In this document: positions 23,703 to 36,910 of the stretch, piece by piece
Layout: each line of letters begins with the position of its first letter
Position numbering within the stretch: position 1 is the stretch's first letter
Origin: Camelus ferus
Taxonomy: Eukaryota
Assembly: GCF_009834535.1 (NCBI RefSeq)
Contig: NC_045696.1
Coordinates: 39,806,001-39,870,000, forward strand
Length of the DNA stretch: 64,000 nt
Reading direction: 5' to 3'
The notes under the pieces: generated by a model
What the model was told of the DNA's origin: nothing
What the model saw: only the letters and a program-made list of their open reading frames with translations
The model's database searches: none
Position numbers and translations under genes: made by a program

Positions 23703-24909
23703 CAGGACGAGACATAAAAAAACTTTTAAAGAAGCCAAGTAGAAAGGAGTTGCTCAGTAGAGACCTTGCTCAAATCAGGATTCATCATCTTTCAACCCAG
23801 GCTAGCTCTTCCTCCTGTTTCTACTGGTGGTGACATTCTCCTAATCAGCAGTAAGCTCTCTGGCAAGAACAGAAAATTACAGTCAGTGAACATTTGCTAA
23901 ATACTGGTTAGAAAATAATTTTTTGATTTTTTTCCCCAAGTCATGGGGCTTTCTTCATTGAAATCTTTTTTTTTTTTTTTTAAACAGCTGTAAAGGTTTA
24001 GGATCATATTATGAAAAAGAAAGACTTTCTACTAAAATGTCATAAGAATGCCAACTTCTCCAGGGTCTTTGGCCCTGGGGTGGGAAGACTACCTTCCATG
24101 TTGGACAGGGATTATACCCTGGCATCAAAAATCTGTTTAAACCTTGAAAATCAAATGTACTGATTCCTCTTCCAAGAACTGTCATTAATTCATTGTTTCA
24201 TTAGACAAGTCCTGGACTTTGGTTTCTCTTTGGGTAAAGTGAGAACAGCATTTCCCATTGGCCAAAATAAGCAGAGGTCGGTGCAATAAAAAACTTAAAA
24301 CCATGACATGCTGCACTTCTCAGGTGAATACTTATGTAAGCACAGAGTATTGATTTATTTCTAAAATATCATTATCTTTATTAGAAACACTCCAGAGGAC
24401 AAAATATTTTCATTGCTTTGGAAATTAAATAAAAGTATCAGCAAATATTGGCCTAAAGATATACCGAGCTGGGCCATTTTAAAGATAATCATTCATATCA
24501 CTGACATTTGAAATAAAATAATCATGTAAAAAATGAATGTTTTGGTTATTTGTGATGGGAAAGTACAGAGGTTGGCCTCTTGGTCATGGAGTTGAATGAA
24601 GTTAATGGAAATTTGTGGATGCTTGGAGAAAGAAGGATTGACCAAATTACCCTGGAATACTGACATTTGATATTTTTTTCATGTCTATTTTATTCTCTCT
24701 TTCATCAAACAAAATATCAAAGTGTTTCAACTTTAAGTTTATGACCTGTAGCTTATATTATAAACTAGTTCTGCTCCTAAGAAGTCACTTTGCCAAGTTC
24801 TCTCTGTATTTTATTGACTTGAATGACTTTAGCTGAATTACGTTCAGATAAAGTTATCAGTTGTTATAGTTGGCCCGGAAGGCCAATGATGGAGTGGAAA
24901 ATATCCCGG

Positions 24910-25090
24910 TCAAGAATCCTAAGAATTGAGTTCATGCTTCAGGTCTGTGGAAGCTAAGTTATTTTTCTCTTTGGGCCTCAGTTTCATTTGTCAAGTAGGG
25001 GATGAATGTATTGCATCTAATCACCTCAGGTGGCTTTGTGTGACTCTAAATAAGTGTGGAAGCAATTTTTAAAATTCTATAATGCTGTAC
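24910..25090 (+). mobile_element. MIR SINE
   Basis: AAGTTATTT..CTCTTTGGGCCTCAGTTTCATTTGTCAAGTAGGGGATG core. Confidence 0.6.
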
Positions 25091-26164
25091 TATAGAAGAC
25101 ACTAATTTATATTTCATCGCCTCTATGGTGATCTACATTTGTCAAGTGAATCTATCGTTTCCACATTTATTCGACTTTCCAACCTTTCCTTTTCTGACAG
25201 CAGTGGCATCCCGATTCCTCTGATCACACAGGCTGGAGGTTCTGTAGACTCATTCTGTATTTTTCTGTGAACTTTTACTGCTGTCTTCAATTTTTCATCA
25301 AGCTTCGTTATTTCTTCCTCCGTGTTATAGCTCAGTTTTACTCATTTGCTGTATTATCAGTGCTATCAATCTACGTTCAACCTTCTCCTCTTTAGTAATA
25401 AGTTGGGAGATAGTGTATCAAAAACTATGTTCAGTTTTATCCCTGCTTGGGAGTCTTACCTCATAAGAGTGCTTCTAGCTAGTGACATTTTAGCTAAAAC
25501 TCCCCAACAGAAGGCACAGTAAGGTTTTATGCCATATACACTGAATCCTGTTTTGGAGCAGGCATACTGGGGACACCTGAACTTGCATAAAAGAACATGA
25601 TAGCCGGATATTATGGCTATAGACTGATCTAGAAGAGATTCAGAGAAAGAGTTGATAATAATGGTTGGGGGAGAGGTTCTCCAAACACTTGAGATTGTCC
25701 CATGCATGAACAGAGCACAAGGTTAGAGAAGTGGGTGACATTTGAAAATCCAGAGAGGGAAATAGTCAGCATCCAGGAAATCTGTTAACAGGGAGCAGAG
25801 GCTCAGGCAGTGAGCAGAAAGCTAGACCTTTGGTTAAGAGCTGGTCATGTCTCTAGCCAAGGATGAGGAGCTGAGTGTGCAGAGTATATTTGGTTTTAAG
25901 AACAAACTAGATTAGAGTGGGGATCAGTCTGTTGAATTAAAACAAAGCCAGGTTATCAGAATGGGGGAGGAGAATGAGCACCTTCTTTAATTCAAGTAAA
26001 TGGTGCTGAGTTCTACAAGTTTGAGTCAAAGCTCATTAAATCTTTTCCACCTAAAGTCAGGTTTGTCCTGGGGATTGAGACATTGCTGAGGCTGATTCAG
26101 CTATGGAAAAAGGAGTTCTCTGGAGGCTGAGAATGAGGCAAGGTTGGCTGATAGCTGCATTGTA

Positions 26165-26350
26165 AGCAAAAGAAAATTGGCTTTGAAATCAAGATGTGCG
26201 TGTTTTAGCCCAGTCTCATACTACCTTGTGGCGGTGAGCAATTTACTGACTTTCTGGGAATCAGTTTCCTCATCTATAAAGTAGGGATGATGTTGTCCAT
26301 GTAATAAGGTTACTTTAAGGCTTAAGTAAAATGATATATAGTTTTGGGAA
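26165..26350 (+). mobile_element. MIR SINE
   Basis: GGCTTTGAAATCA...TCAGTTTCCTCATCTATAAAGTAGGGATGAT core. Confidence 0.75.
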
Positions 26351-26561
26351 CTATACGGGGCTATATATTCATTGATGTTGTCACTGATTTTAAAAATAGT
26401 GTTACTACCACTTCCTATGTGAGAAAACCAGAGGTTTAGAAAAATTTTTAAAACTGTGGGCAAGGCTGGTTTGTTTTTTGGTTCAGTTTATTCCTTTTGG
26501 GAGTCACTTTCTTAAACAAAACTAGGCTTTTTTTTTTTTGAGCAAATACTAACAAGTCATC

Positions 26562-26937
26562 CTTTCATTTAACAAATATTTACTGAGCATCTACTGTATG
26601 TGAGGCACTGTTCTAAGTGCTTGGGATACTTCATAAGCAAATAAAACAAAAAACTCTTGTTAACAGGGCTAACATTCTAGTGGGAGGAGACAGAAGATAA
26701 ACAATGAACACAACCCATATATTAGACTGTTTTAAGCGCTATGGAAAAAATAAAGCAGGAGAAAGAGAGTTGAAATTTTAAACGGCGTAATTAGGGTAGG
26801 CTTCACTGAAAATACGATATTTGAACAAGTACTCGTGGAAGTGGGTGAGTAAGTTACATGGGTATTTGGAGGAAGTGTGCTCCTGGCAGAGGGAACAGCC
26901 TGTGCAAAGACGTCAAAGTGGGGGCTTCCCCAACGTG
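26562..26937 (-). mobile_element. L2 LINE 3' end
   Basis: CATTTAACAAATATTTACTGAGCATCTACT...AGGCACTGTTCTAAGTGCT...ACATTCTAGTGG...GGCAGAGGGAACAGC.TGTGCAAAG. Confidence 0.85.
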
Positions 26938-26945
26938 CTCTAGGG

Positions 26946-27168
26946 TGGGAGTTGGAAAACTGAGCCTGTGGGCCAAATCTGGCCCACCAGCTGTTTTTGT
27001 CAATAGAATTATTGGCACACAGCCATGCTCACTGTTTACATGTTATGCATGGTTTCATTTGTGCTAAGCAATAGAGCTGAGTAGTTGCAATAGAAAACTT
27101 ATGGCCTTCAAAACCTTAACTATTTACTATTTGAAACCCATTACAAAACAAAATCTCCCCAGCCCCTG
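26946..27168 (-). mobile_element. MER58A (hAT-Charlie)
   Basis: GCCTGTGGGCCAAATCTGGCCCACC...TTATTGGCACACAGCCATGC...GAGCTGAGTAGTTGCAA...TATTTACTAT...CCCCTG. 8-bp TSD CTCTAG(G/A)G. Confidence 0.88.
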
Positions 27169-27829
27169 CTCTAGAGGTCAGTGCTGGAGTGGAATGAACA
27201 AATACCAAACTCTTACTTTTTCTTTTTTGTGGGGGAAGGGATTAAAAAGTTAATCTATTCACCATTTTTCTTTACGGATACTCCTTTTTAGCTTCCTTAG
27301 ACTATGTCTAGAGAAAGCACATTATTAATACTCATCAATTTTTTCAACAGACTATAAGGGACTTTGCTGCCTTTTATCATGTTTATTTCCTCTAACTGTG
27401 GCAATCATGCTTTTATTTATTCTTTAAATTTTGCCCATGAAAGAAAAATACCCAGCCTTTTCAGAAAGAATATTTGAAAACAAATGGTGAACAGAAGTGT
27501 GATACCAGACTGAGTCCAACAGGTGGCTGTATTTCTCAAAGTTTCAAAACCAGCCTCATTGTGTATTGCATGCACATTCACATCTCAGTTTGCACTTACA
27601 CTAATTCTGTGATTCCAGGATCACTGATTTTATGACAAAGGGCTAAGCAGTAGGGAAAGAAAAGAGAGGTCGTCACATAACCAGAGATTATTTCATTGAC
27701 CTTATCTCAATCAGTGCTTTTATTGCTCATTCAACAGATTCATAACCAATTTTTGTCCATATCCTCGGTCTGGTTAGGGACTCTGTGGTACCATCTCAAA
27801 TCACATGGAAAATATATAGAAGAGTCAAA

Positions 27830-28050
27830 AATCTGCAGTCAGAGACATTGAGTGGCATCTTGAATGCATCATGTAGCAGCTGAGTGAATTTGGAAGTTAT
27901 TTGGTCCCTTGGAATAATTTAATCAGTAAAAGTAATTAATAATAATTTCTACTTCATAGTATTTTAGGAGGTTATAGAAGAGATATATAATATTTATCAA
28001 TTATGTATGAATTTTGGTCAGGAGGTTTTATACTAAATGTTATTATTACT
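27830..28050 (+). mobile_element. MIR SINE (degraded)
   Basis: GTCAGAGAC...TAGCAGCTGAGTGA.TTTGG.AAGTTATTT...AATAATAAT..CTACTTCATAG. Confidence 0.55.
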
Positions 28051-28269
28051 ATTCCCTCTTTTTTCCCTCGTCTCAAATGTTTATTCACATTCTATTTTAT
28101 TCTATCAGAAGTGTCTACGTAGAGACCTCACCTTGCCAACTTTGAATGATCTCTACACGATCACATTGATCTCGTTGTTTAAAAGATTTTGAGTTCATCT
28201 TCATTCTCTGGGCACTGGCATCTGGACATCTGAAACCTTGTCATTCCAAAGTTTTTCCCTCAGGTGTTC

Positions 28270-28450
28270 TTTTCTTTATTTTAATTGAAGTATAGTTGAT
28301 TTATAATGTTGTGTTAGTTTCTGGTATACAGCACAGTATATATATATATACTTTTTCATTATAGGTTATTACAAGATATTGAATATAGTCCCCTGTGCTA
28401 TATACTAGGACCTTGTTGTTTTATTTATTTTCTATGTAGCAGTTTGTATC
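28270..28450 (-). mobile_element. Cetartiodactyl L1 3' end, 5'-truncated
   Basis: TTAATTGAAGTATAGTTGATTTATAATGTTGTGTTAGTTTCTGGTATACAGCA...TATTACAAGATATTGAATATAGT.CCCTGTGCTATA...AGGACCTTGTTG. Imperfect TSD TTCCC(T)CAGGT. Confidence 0.9.
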
Positions 28451-29423
28451 TTCCCCAGGTATTTTCTTCTGAATATTCCAGTATTTGTGTTTGTCTCCTA
28501 CAATGCCATTGTCCAAAATGGAATCTGGTTTTACTTCAAAGTACTATTTTAACATCTTTTTGTACATGTTAGTATGATTTTTGTCAGACATGGTCTTTCC
28601 AATCCTTGTAAAATAATGCTGTCCCCGGGCCATTATTCTGATAAGTCAATGTGCAAAAAATGAAACTCAGTAATTTATAAACTATGGACAAGACACTGTG
28701 CTAAAGGTTTTAGTTTATAAAAGTCTACCCCTAGGAAGGTTACAACCAATTGTGAAATATCGTAAGAGGAGACAATTCTCTATGGTACTAGTCAGAGAGT
28801 CAGAGTAATCTTTTTTTTTCCCTACTCATTTCATTACTTCTTACATCATTCTCTCTCTACAGAAAAATTAAAGACCAGTTGGTGGACATAAAAAATGTTG
28901 GCAGGCTTTCTATCTATCTCAGATACAAGCCTATACTGCCAGATTAGCCATGTCAAGTCAAGTCACCATACAGCCTTCACCGCTCCTTAATAACCCCATA
29001 CCCCAAGGATTCATTCTAAAATAGAATTCTATTATTCATCCTATGTGGAAGAGATTTCTACATTTTTCAGTCTTTGGAATACTGTAGCTTATTCTGACCA
29101 CTTTACCTAACACAGAATTTGAAAAAATACAGAGTAAAACAATCAAGTGCTTGTATTGATTAGAAAAGGTCAATGGAAATGAGTACAGTTTCTTCTCAGT
29201 GTTAAAAGATATTGAGTTGGGATATAAATTTCTAAATTTATTGCAAATGCTAAGAACAAATGGGACTTCAGTTATTCACTAAGGGTTTACTCATTAAAAC
29301 TTAGAAGAGTTATAATCATGTATTAATTTGACATTCACTTAACACTTTTCATCTGTCAGGCACGTGGTGGATGATAGGGATATAGTGATAACCAAGACAG
29401 ACATCATCTCTGTCCTCATGGAG

Positions 29424-29910
29424 TGTATCAGTTTTCTATAGCCTTTAACAAATTACCATAAACTTTGTGGCTTAAAACAACACAAATATAGTATCTCACA
29501 GTTCTGGAGGTCAGAAGTCCAACATGGGTCTCACTGGGCTAAAGTCAGAGCTATTGGAAAGGCTGTATTCCTTTCTAGAATCCCGAGGGCGATTCCTTTT
29601 CCTGCCTTTTCCAGGGTCGAAAGGCTGGGCTCATGGCCCCCTTCCTCTACCTTCCGTCAACAATGTGATATCTCGCTCTTTGTCCTTCGTCACCTTTTTC
29701 TAGTGATTACAGCTCGGGAAAGGTTCTTCACTTCTAAGAACTCATGCTTTTAGACTAGGGCCACCTGGAATATTCAAGTCACTCTCCCCATCTCAAGGTC
29801 TGTGCCCTTAATCACATCTGCAAAGTCCCTTTTGCCTTGTAAAGTAATATACTCCCAGGTCCTGGGGGTTAGGCATGGGTATCTTCGGGGCCATTATCCT
29901 GCCTATTACA
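29424..29910 (-). mobile_element. MLT1D-type MaLR solo LTR inserted into an L2 fragment
   Basis: TGTATCAGTTTTCTAT...AACAAATTACCA.AAACTT.GTGGCTTAAAACAACACAAAT...CACATCTGCAAAGTCCCTTTTGCC.TGTAA...CCTATTACA. TSD TGG(A/G)G. L2 sequence continues on both sides. Confidence 0.9.
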
Positions 29911-30133
29911 TGGGGCTTATGGTCCAGTAAATGAGCAGCAAACCCAAATGCCAATAGAGCAGGCAAGTGACAGAATGAGTGAGATCGGCAGGGGAAGGCA
30001 GTGGAGAACTAGAGAAATCACACTGACTATTAGCACATGAAGATTCTAGCTCCATTTGCCAGAACTTTCCATATTTTAAGAAAAGCTAGAACTAGATTAC
30101 GTGAAACCTACCAATTTAAAAACTGCGAGCAAA

Positions 30134-30430
30134 TGCCTTAGATTGGTTTCCCAGAAGCAAACCCTGAGTTAAACATCAGTATGTAAGTAATTTATTTAGG
30201 AAGTCAGTCTTCCAGGGAAATTGAGAAGGAAGCAGGAGAGGCAGGATCAGGAATGGGAAGAAACCCAGCAAAGTCTTATAGCTGGAGTGCACAGAGGAAC
30301 TCTGGAGCATAAGTCATATCTCATAGTTACCCCCGTGTGGAACAAGGGAGCTGGGGCTTTCATAATTATGCACTGCTCAGCCACTGATTAAGAGACACCT
30401 GTGGGGCATGCAAACTACCTGATATTACTT
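30134..30430 (-). mobile_element. LTR16-family ERVL LTR fragment
   Basis: TTCCCAGAAGCAAACCCTGAG...AAGTAATTTATTTAGGAAG...GAACTCTGGAGCATAA...AAGGGAGCTGGGGCTTT. Confidence 0.7.
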
Positions 30431-31864
30431 GATCACAAGTAACAGCACAAATAACAGTGCCCATGTTATAGTCTTATTTGGCCTGATCTTTGTATGCTCC
30501 AGAGACATCAGAGTATCAACAATTATTAAAGGCACCTGTGAGGCTTGCTGACAATCCTAATTCCATACGCCCTTCTAAATCTAGGTAAGTGTGGATGGGA
30601 GATTGTAATAGTGTCTTTTAGGTCAGTAAAAGGCTTTATAGTTTACCCACTTGAGCTCACACATTTTTGTAGAGAGGGCATGAGGAGTGCCGTGGGGCCA
30701 GTGTTGGCGAGAAGAATAATGTTTCAATCTCTTTGATTTTTTTTCTTGGAAACCACCGTTCATTGCCTGAGACTATAGCTAACACTTGATTTTGCTACTG
30801 AAAAGGGTGCTATCAGCACCTTTGCTACAGTTTCATGAAGTAATCTTTCTTTTGAAATGATAGGTTTTCTATGTCTTCTGAGGGTCACAACAAAGATGCT
30901 AGTTTTTGCTTATGTATCTTCCAGAGCAATAGAAGAACCCAGGTGCATAAAAAACATTGCCATAGGTTAATTAAGACATCCAGGTAAATTGGCCATTTTT
31001 TTCAGAACTCAAAGAAAATAAGTTGGTTGATAGATTTTTTTAAAAAATAAAAGAATATTTGTGACTGTCACTCCTTTCTGTAAGATTTTTGTAGGAATTC
31101 TGACAATGAACAAATTTGGTGAACACATTTAGTTCTAAGTTAATCTATTCATTTTTGGATGCCTTGAAGGGGACGGAAATGGCATTGGAAAGTAATAATA
31201 AGGCAGCTAAAAATTGGGGAAGCCAATATTTAAATTTTATTGTTTAGAGAACTGAATGAAATTGGAAAAAGAGACTCTTTATCATGCCTAAGAGAACATA
31301 TGGTGTTAGTCTGGGGATAATCTCATGAGTCTTGTTAAAGAAAGATCATATGACTGTCTGTTGACAGTTCTGGCACAATTCTGATTGTCTACACTTAACC
31401 CAGTCATAATTATATTTTTACAATATTCTAGGTGTTGCAACCACTATCAGTTGCCCAACTAAACAATACATTCCATATGGACTCATTAGTCTTGTGGAAT
31501 TCACATCACAATTTTTCATTTAAAAATGTATCTTTTAATTGGTTTAAGGCACTAACACCATGTACTGAAGGCTACTAGTGTACTAATGTGAAGACCAACT
31601 CATAAAAAAAAGAGTCAAAATATTTGTATGCTAAATTCCTAGATATTTTCTATGAGGTCAGTAACTTGGATTTGTTTTTACAGAATGTTGTTGAGTAAAT
31701 TGCATATATAATTTGCTAATATCTTTTACCTTATATTTTATCTTTACACTGTCATGTGTTAGATCCCAAACACTGTCAAACCTACAAAACAACCATGGTG
31801 AAGATATGGGCGATAACTGAGTCAAGTGCATGTGGGGTGTAGCTCTATGTTCACAGATAGTGAT

Positions 31865-32030
31865 GGAGTCAAAAGGATACCAGTTTGGAAGCGGAGACGC
31901 TAGCTTTTGATTTTTACTAGCGGTGAAAACACATGAGTGTCTTAGCCTCAGGATACCTATTTCCTCATCTTCAAAATGAGGAGTTTAGATTTAGACAATT
32001 TTTGAAGACTTTTCCAACTCTGACATTCTG
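31865..32030 (+). mobile_element. MIR/MIR3 SINE
   Basis: TTTCCTCATCTTCAAAATGAGGAG...TTCCAACTCTGACATTCT. Confidence 0.6.
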
Positions 32031-33256
32031 CCTCATCCTTTGTTCTTCCATTCAGACAGTCCAGAGACAAGTCAGGATGACATCACTGTCTTCTCACTTG
32101 CTCCACTGATTTATCCTACAGTTTTCTGACCATTTCCTTCTAATCCTGAACTCTAAGCTTAGGAAATCCTACCTGGCATCCTGGGGTTTCTGAACCCTGT
32201 AAAGGGAGGCTCTGGACTTTCTCCTACTCAGTCGAGCTATTTATTCCCTCCACTAACACCATGAAAGTCAGCTTTCTGTTTCTGTTTTTCTTGCTTTGAC
32301 TCCTGGGCAGTGAAGAAAATTGCTCCCAAGATACTAGAAAAGTTTCTTTTCTCTGGCCATGTTTGACTGGTGGTCCTGGGAGGCAACAGGAAAGAACTGG
32401 AAAGCTGGTCTCTGGAGGAAATGGGCTGTATGGTTGCTTCTACCTGCAGCATCCAGAACCTGCTGGACAGACCCTGGTGAAGGCTCTCCACTGGGATCAG
32501 GGATTAGGATACACTCTTGCCTTTGGAAACAGGGACATTCTTTTATTCTGAGTGAGCAGAACTGTTTTAAACAGTTCCAAGCAGTGTTCATAGTAATTAC
32601 ATGTTCTGTTTGTTTCTGGACTGCAGAACTGTTGAAAACTGTTCCAAAATATGTTCACAGTAATTACACGTTCTATTTGTTTTTCCCCTTATTTCTTTGG
32701 TTCTGTGTTTTTGCTAGAACAATCTGTAAGCTCTTTTTGAGCCTGATATTCCTTTTTATGAAAGGAATTGTGTGGTTAGTAGAGGAAGGAATGAGAAGGG
32801 AGAAAAGAGAAGAGGAGAGAAAATGAATCACTTCTAGTTCCTTCCCAAGTATTCTTTCTGTTTTGGACACTTGTATTATGAATGACATGGAGGGGAAGAC
32901 ATGGAAAGAGACACCTATTTCCCTCTTAAACCCTATAAAAACCACATATTTTTGTTCAAAGAGCCATATACGGTCAGGGAGACTAAGAGAATTCTAGATT
33001 TTACAGCCATGTTTCTAGGCATGCTTCCCTTGGGGATAGGTGTACAAAAGTTGTATAAGACTGTCAATCCCAAGAGCCAAAGACAGTTGCTCACGATCTA
33101 TTTCCTGCCCATTGCCACAGTCCAAGTCCTTACCAGTCTCAAAGACCAGTCAACTGAAATAAAATCATTCTGTTTCAAGGTTGTGTGATGGGGACACCGA
33201 ACCTAAGGTGCTGTAGAGATGAAGGAGAGATTTAGAGGGAGATGTCTTTCATGTCT

Positions 33257-33494
33257 CAGGGTTTCTCAACCTTGGCATTATTGACATCTTGTGGTAGATT
33301 CTTCTTTGATGGTGGGCAGGGGATGATGGGAGTGTCCTGTGCATTGTAGGATATTTAGCAGTGTCCTTGGCTTTTACCTGCTGGATGCCAGTAGCCCTTC
33401 CGTCACAGCCTTAAAAGTTGGGACAACCAGAATTGTCTCCAGATGTTGCCAAACGTCTGCTAGGGAGCATCATCTTCCTTGGTTGAGACCACTG
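33257..33494 (-). mobile_element. MER20
   Basis: CAGGGTTTCTCAACCTTGGCATTATTGACAT...TGTCCTGTGCATTGTAGGAT.TTTAGCAG...GATGCCAGTAGC...GGTTGAGACCACTG. Confidence 0.9.
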
Positions 33495-36469
33495 CCCTTT
33501 CTTAAATAAATCTTGGTTTGACACTGTTCTATCACGTTTGACAGAATGGTCTCTGCTATATGGAAGCAAGTTGATCCACCCAAAATCGATTTGACAAAAG
33601 TCAATTCACCAAATCCCCATTTGCCAAAGGATCAAATGCCAAATGAGTAATTCACCACATTTGCTATTTTTATTCAATTCATAAGAAGTTCTTTAAGAAA
33701 TACTCTTCCTGAACATATTATGTGAATTTTCAAGAATATATATAGTCCTAAGAAATATATATTCAAATTCTTTGACTATATTTTCAAAATAGTATCTTTA
33801 AACATGTTTTTGGCAAATAAACAAAGCTGAAAAACATAACAAATATTTTTTCAGTGAACTGGTTTTCAGAGAAGTGATGTCAGGGAATTAACCTAGGGTC
33901 TTACCATATCTATTTTCATGGCAGCCAGAGTGGTACCTGTCCTTAGAAGGGACCCTAGTGGCTGTGACAGTAACTCAGTAGACATGTTATGAAGATGTGT
34001 TTCTTGAGAAGGATAAAACAGATATGTAAGTGTCATTTCTGTTTGTGGCAAAGAAAACCAAAAGTATCTTATCTTGGGTTCATGTTTTATACATGGGTTC
34101 ACAAAGTAAGCATATGTATCAGAGCCTTTTTTTTAGAATGTGAAAATTCTTTCATAAAGAGTATGCACGTATACAAGACAGTGAGGGAAAAGACACAGAA
34201 CAAAAAAGAAGAGAGATAAATGATACTCAAGCAAGCAATTTCCTCTTAATAATAATTAAATAAATTATTCTCATAAGACTCTCTTATCATTTAAGAGAAT
34301 AAGATCAAATCATTTGATCTAAATATTCCTTCAGAGGCATTTTGAGTTAATATCATGTTCCCATGCCTACATTTAAATAGTAACTTAGCTTTTAAACTAA
34401 GGTAACAGATAGAACCTACCAGATGGAACTCTCCTTGCTTGGCCTCTTTACTTGACATTATCTTTATTATTTGCCCATATTTATCATAGGAGCAGCATAA
34501 GTTTAGAACTGGGCAGAGGAAGCAATGTTATGGTACTCCTGTTACATTCTGGCTACTGTATGGAGATTTTATTTGGGAACATGATGGGCGCAGGAGAAGT
34601 ACAGTTGAAAAGATGAAGGTGAGGAAAAGAAAAAATTCTGACATTTCTTGCCTTGAAATACCCATAAAGCTCTATTATTAGATTAACTTCTCTGGGTTAA
34701 GTAGTGAGATTAGGAGGAGCAGATAGGGGAAAGCAATGCCTCTCAAAAAGCAGACATTATTTAAAGGGGGAAGAGTTCTGGGGATGGCATTAAGATTTAA
34801 GTAGTCTTTAAATTCAAGAATGTCTTAAGGAGATCAGTTTACCTAACTATCATCTTAGAGAACACCTTCAGAGAGGTGGCAGAGGTACAAGTATACCCAC
34901 TTGAATGAAGACTAATTGGAAACCCTGGAAGCATAATCCCCAGTCCCAAAACTCTCTGGTTGGGTTACTGGAAGTTAGAGATGTCAGCCAGTAGGCATGA
35001 GTGGTGGAGGTGGGAGGGGAGAGAATGTTTCAAGAGAAAGTATTATAAATAGGTCCAGGTCAAATCCTTCTTCATATTTACTCTTTTTTTTAAACTAGGG
35101 TTTGCCTGGTTGGCAAATGAGAAGATGCTTTTGGATGTTTGAATGTTTGTTGGTTTCATTACTCACATGTTTAGAACCGCCACAGGAAATATCCTGTTGA
35201 TTTTCCATTCATATCAGATATGACTGATATGATATTTTCTCCTGGTTTGTTTAAAGTCAGCTTCAGAATCTCTTTGTAGTACTTTTAGCAGCTACTACCA
35301 AATAATCAGAGTTGGCACATGAGTTTAAAGCTCACACATCATCTCTGATGCTTGGGGTCAAGAGGTATACCTATTATTACTATACTAGGATTACTAAGTT
35401 ATCCTCTAAGAAATCTCTATTTTACAGTACTCATAAAATTTTTGTCAACCTCAGATCTTTGCCTTTGTAAGTGCCATAATTTGGCATATACTTTGGAATA
35501 CACTTGGCTGGAAAGTAAATAGCTTGGAAGTTCCCCCTGATATAGCACATTGTCTCATTATTTCACAAAAACTTTGAAAATATCAAGTCTTTTATTTGAA
35601 GGCAGGGAACTTTAAGCACTCAATAAACACTTGTTCATTTGACTTGCTCCAAATTCTCACATCATCACCACTGATAAACAATATTCAGAAAGTATAGGTC
35701 CATACAACTAAATCCTTATTTTAATGAGGGATTCTACTGTTTTTTTCCTTAGAGGAAGGTCAGGAAGCTCACCTTCAGTGGGAAGATGGTTGTTCCTATG
35801 CAGCTTTGGAGTTGCTCTACCTTACTACACTGCTTCATTAAGTTTGGCTTTACAGAAGTCAGGTTTTCAGGAACTGGGAAAAATAGCCTTTGTTTACCAG
35901 CCTCAATTACATTGAAATCTCTCTTTCAGAATAAAATTTATAACTGTGGCCAAAATAGATAACACTCATGCCTTGCTCATTCTTATATTCTATGCTTCCT
36001 CAACTGTCAGAAATTTTTCCTTAAACATGTCAACTATACTCGCCTACTTTTTGTAATCTTTTTGAAAGCAGGTCATGACCTTCTTCATTTTGTGCACACA
36101 CTCATTACATACACATATATATGAAATATTTAAATATTTACAGCTTTCGTGAGATTGTCAACTGTGTTCTCAGTAGGTTTAGGTCTGCTGCTATATTACC
36201 ACCTGTCCGTTACTTGTTTATTCAAGTGACAAGTACTGAACATATACTGGGAGCCAGGAAGTGTAATAGGAACAAGAGGAAAGATGATACAGGGAGACTG
36301 TGGCACTTTTCTTTGCTGGTAGATGCAGGACCCACATCAGTATTCTTTCATTAGAAGAAAAACAGACCAACCTTCATCTCTTAACTTAGGGACCACTAAA
36401 TTAGTTTTGTGTCTTCTATACAGAAAAAAAAAATCAATATTCTATTAGGGTAGCTTTAGATTCCATTTT

Positions 36470-36910
36470 CTAGGTCACGTTATTGGCCTATACTAGTATT
36501 AAGCTCATTGCCAATTAAAATCTTTTATATTCTCACAAGTGCTGCTGTTAAACCACATTCCTTCTTTCCTGAACTTGTACAACTGATTTTCTTCTTATTC
36601 TAAGTTCAGTTTATTTCCTTTTCATAAAATTCAGGTCAATATTAGTCAATATTTTCAAGCTCAGAGAGAATGTTTTGAACTCCTATTCTGTTGATGTAGT
36701 TCTCCAAAATATTGGTTTTCTAAAGATTATATAAGCATGCTTTTGCCTTCATATGAGTCACTGATAAACACATGCACAAGGCCAAACATGAGCCCTGAAA
36801 CACAGGTTCTCTTTGGTCAGGTACAAATCCCTCTTACTCTGCCAAAATCTAGCTTACATTTCTTCACCTTATCTATAAACTTATTTTGAAAGGGTTTGTG
36901 AAATGTTTTA
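36470..36910 (-). mobile_element. L3/CR1 LINE fragment
   Basis: CTGCTGTTAAACCA...CCTGAACTTGTACAACTGATTTT...ATAAGCATGC...GTCACTGATAAA resemble antisense L3. Confidence 0.45.

Noticed and set aside
25123..25345. Minus-strand open frame (TEEEITKLDEKLK...) resembling a coiled coil
   Set aside because: It is bounded by stops, lacks convincing splice sites, and its purine-rich sequence resembles decayed L2.
25410..25960. Possible ancient Gypsy-like LTR
   Set aside because: Only a vague compositional resemblance. I could not define termini or a TSD.
32359..32826. Longest ORF in the track (155 aa)
   Set aside because: No recognisable domain, a low-complexity T-rich hydrophobic tail, and no supporting exon structure.
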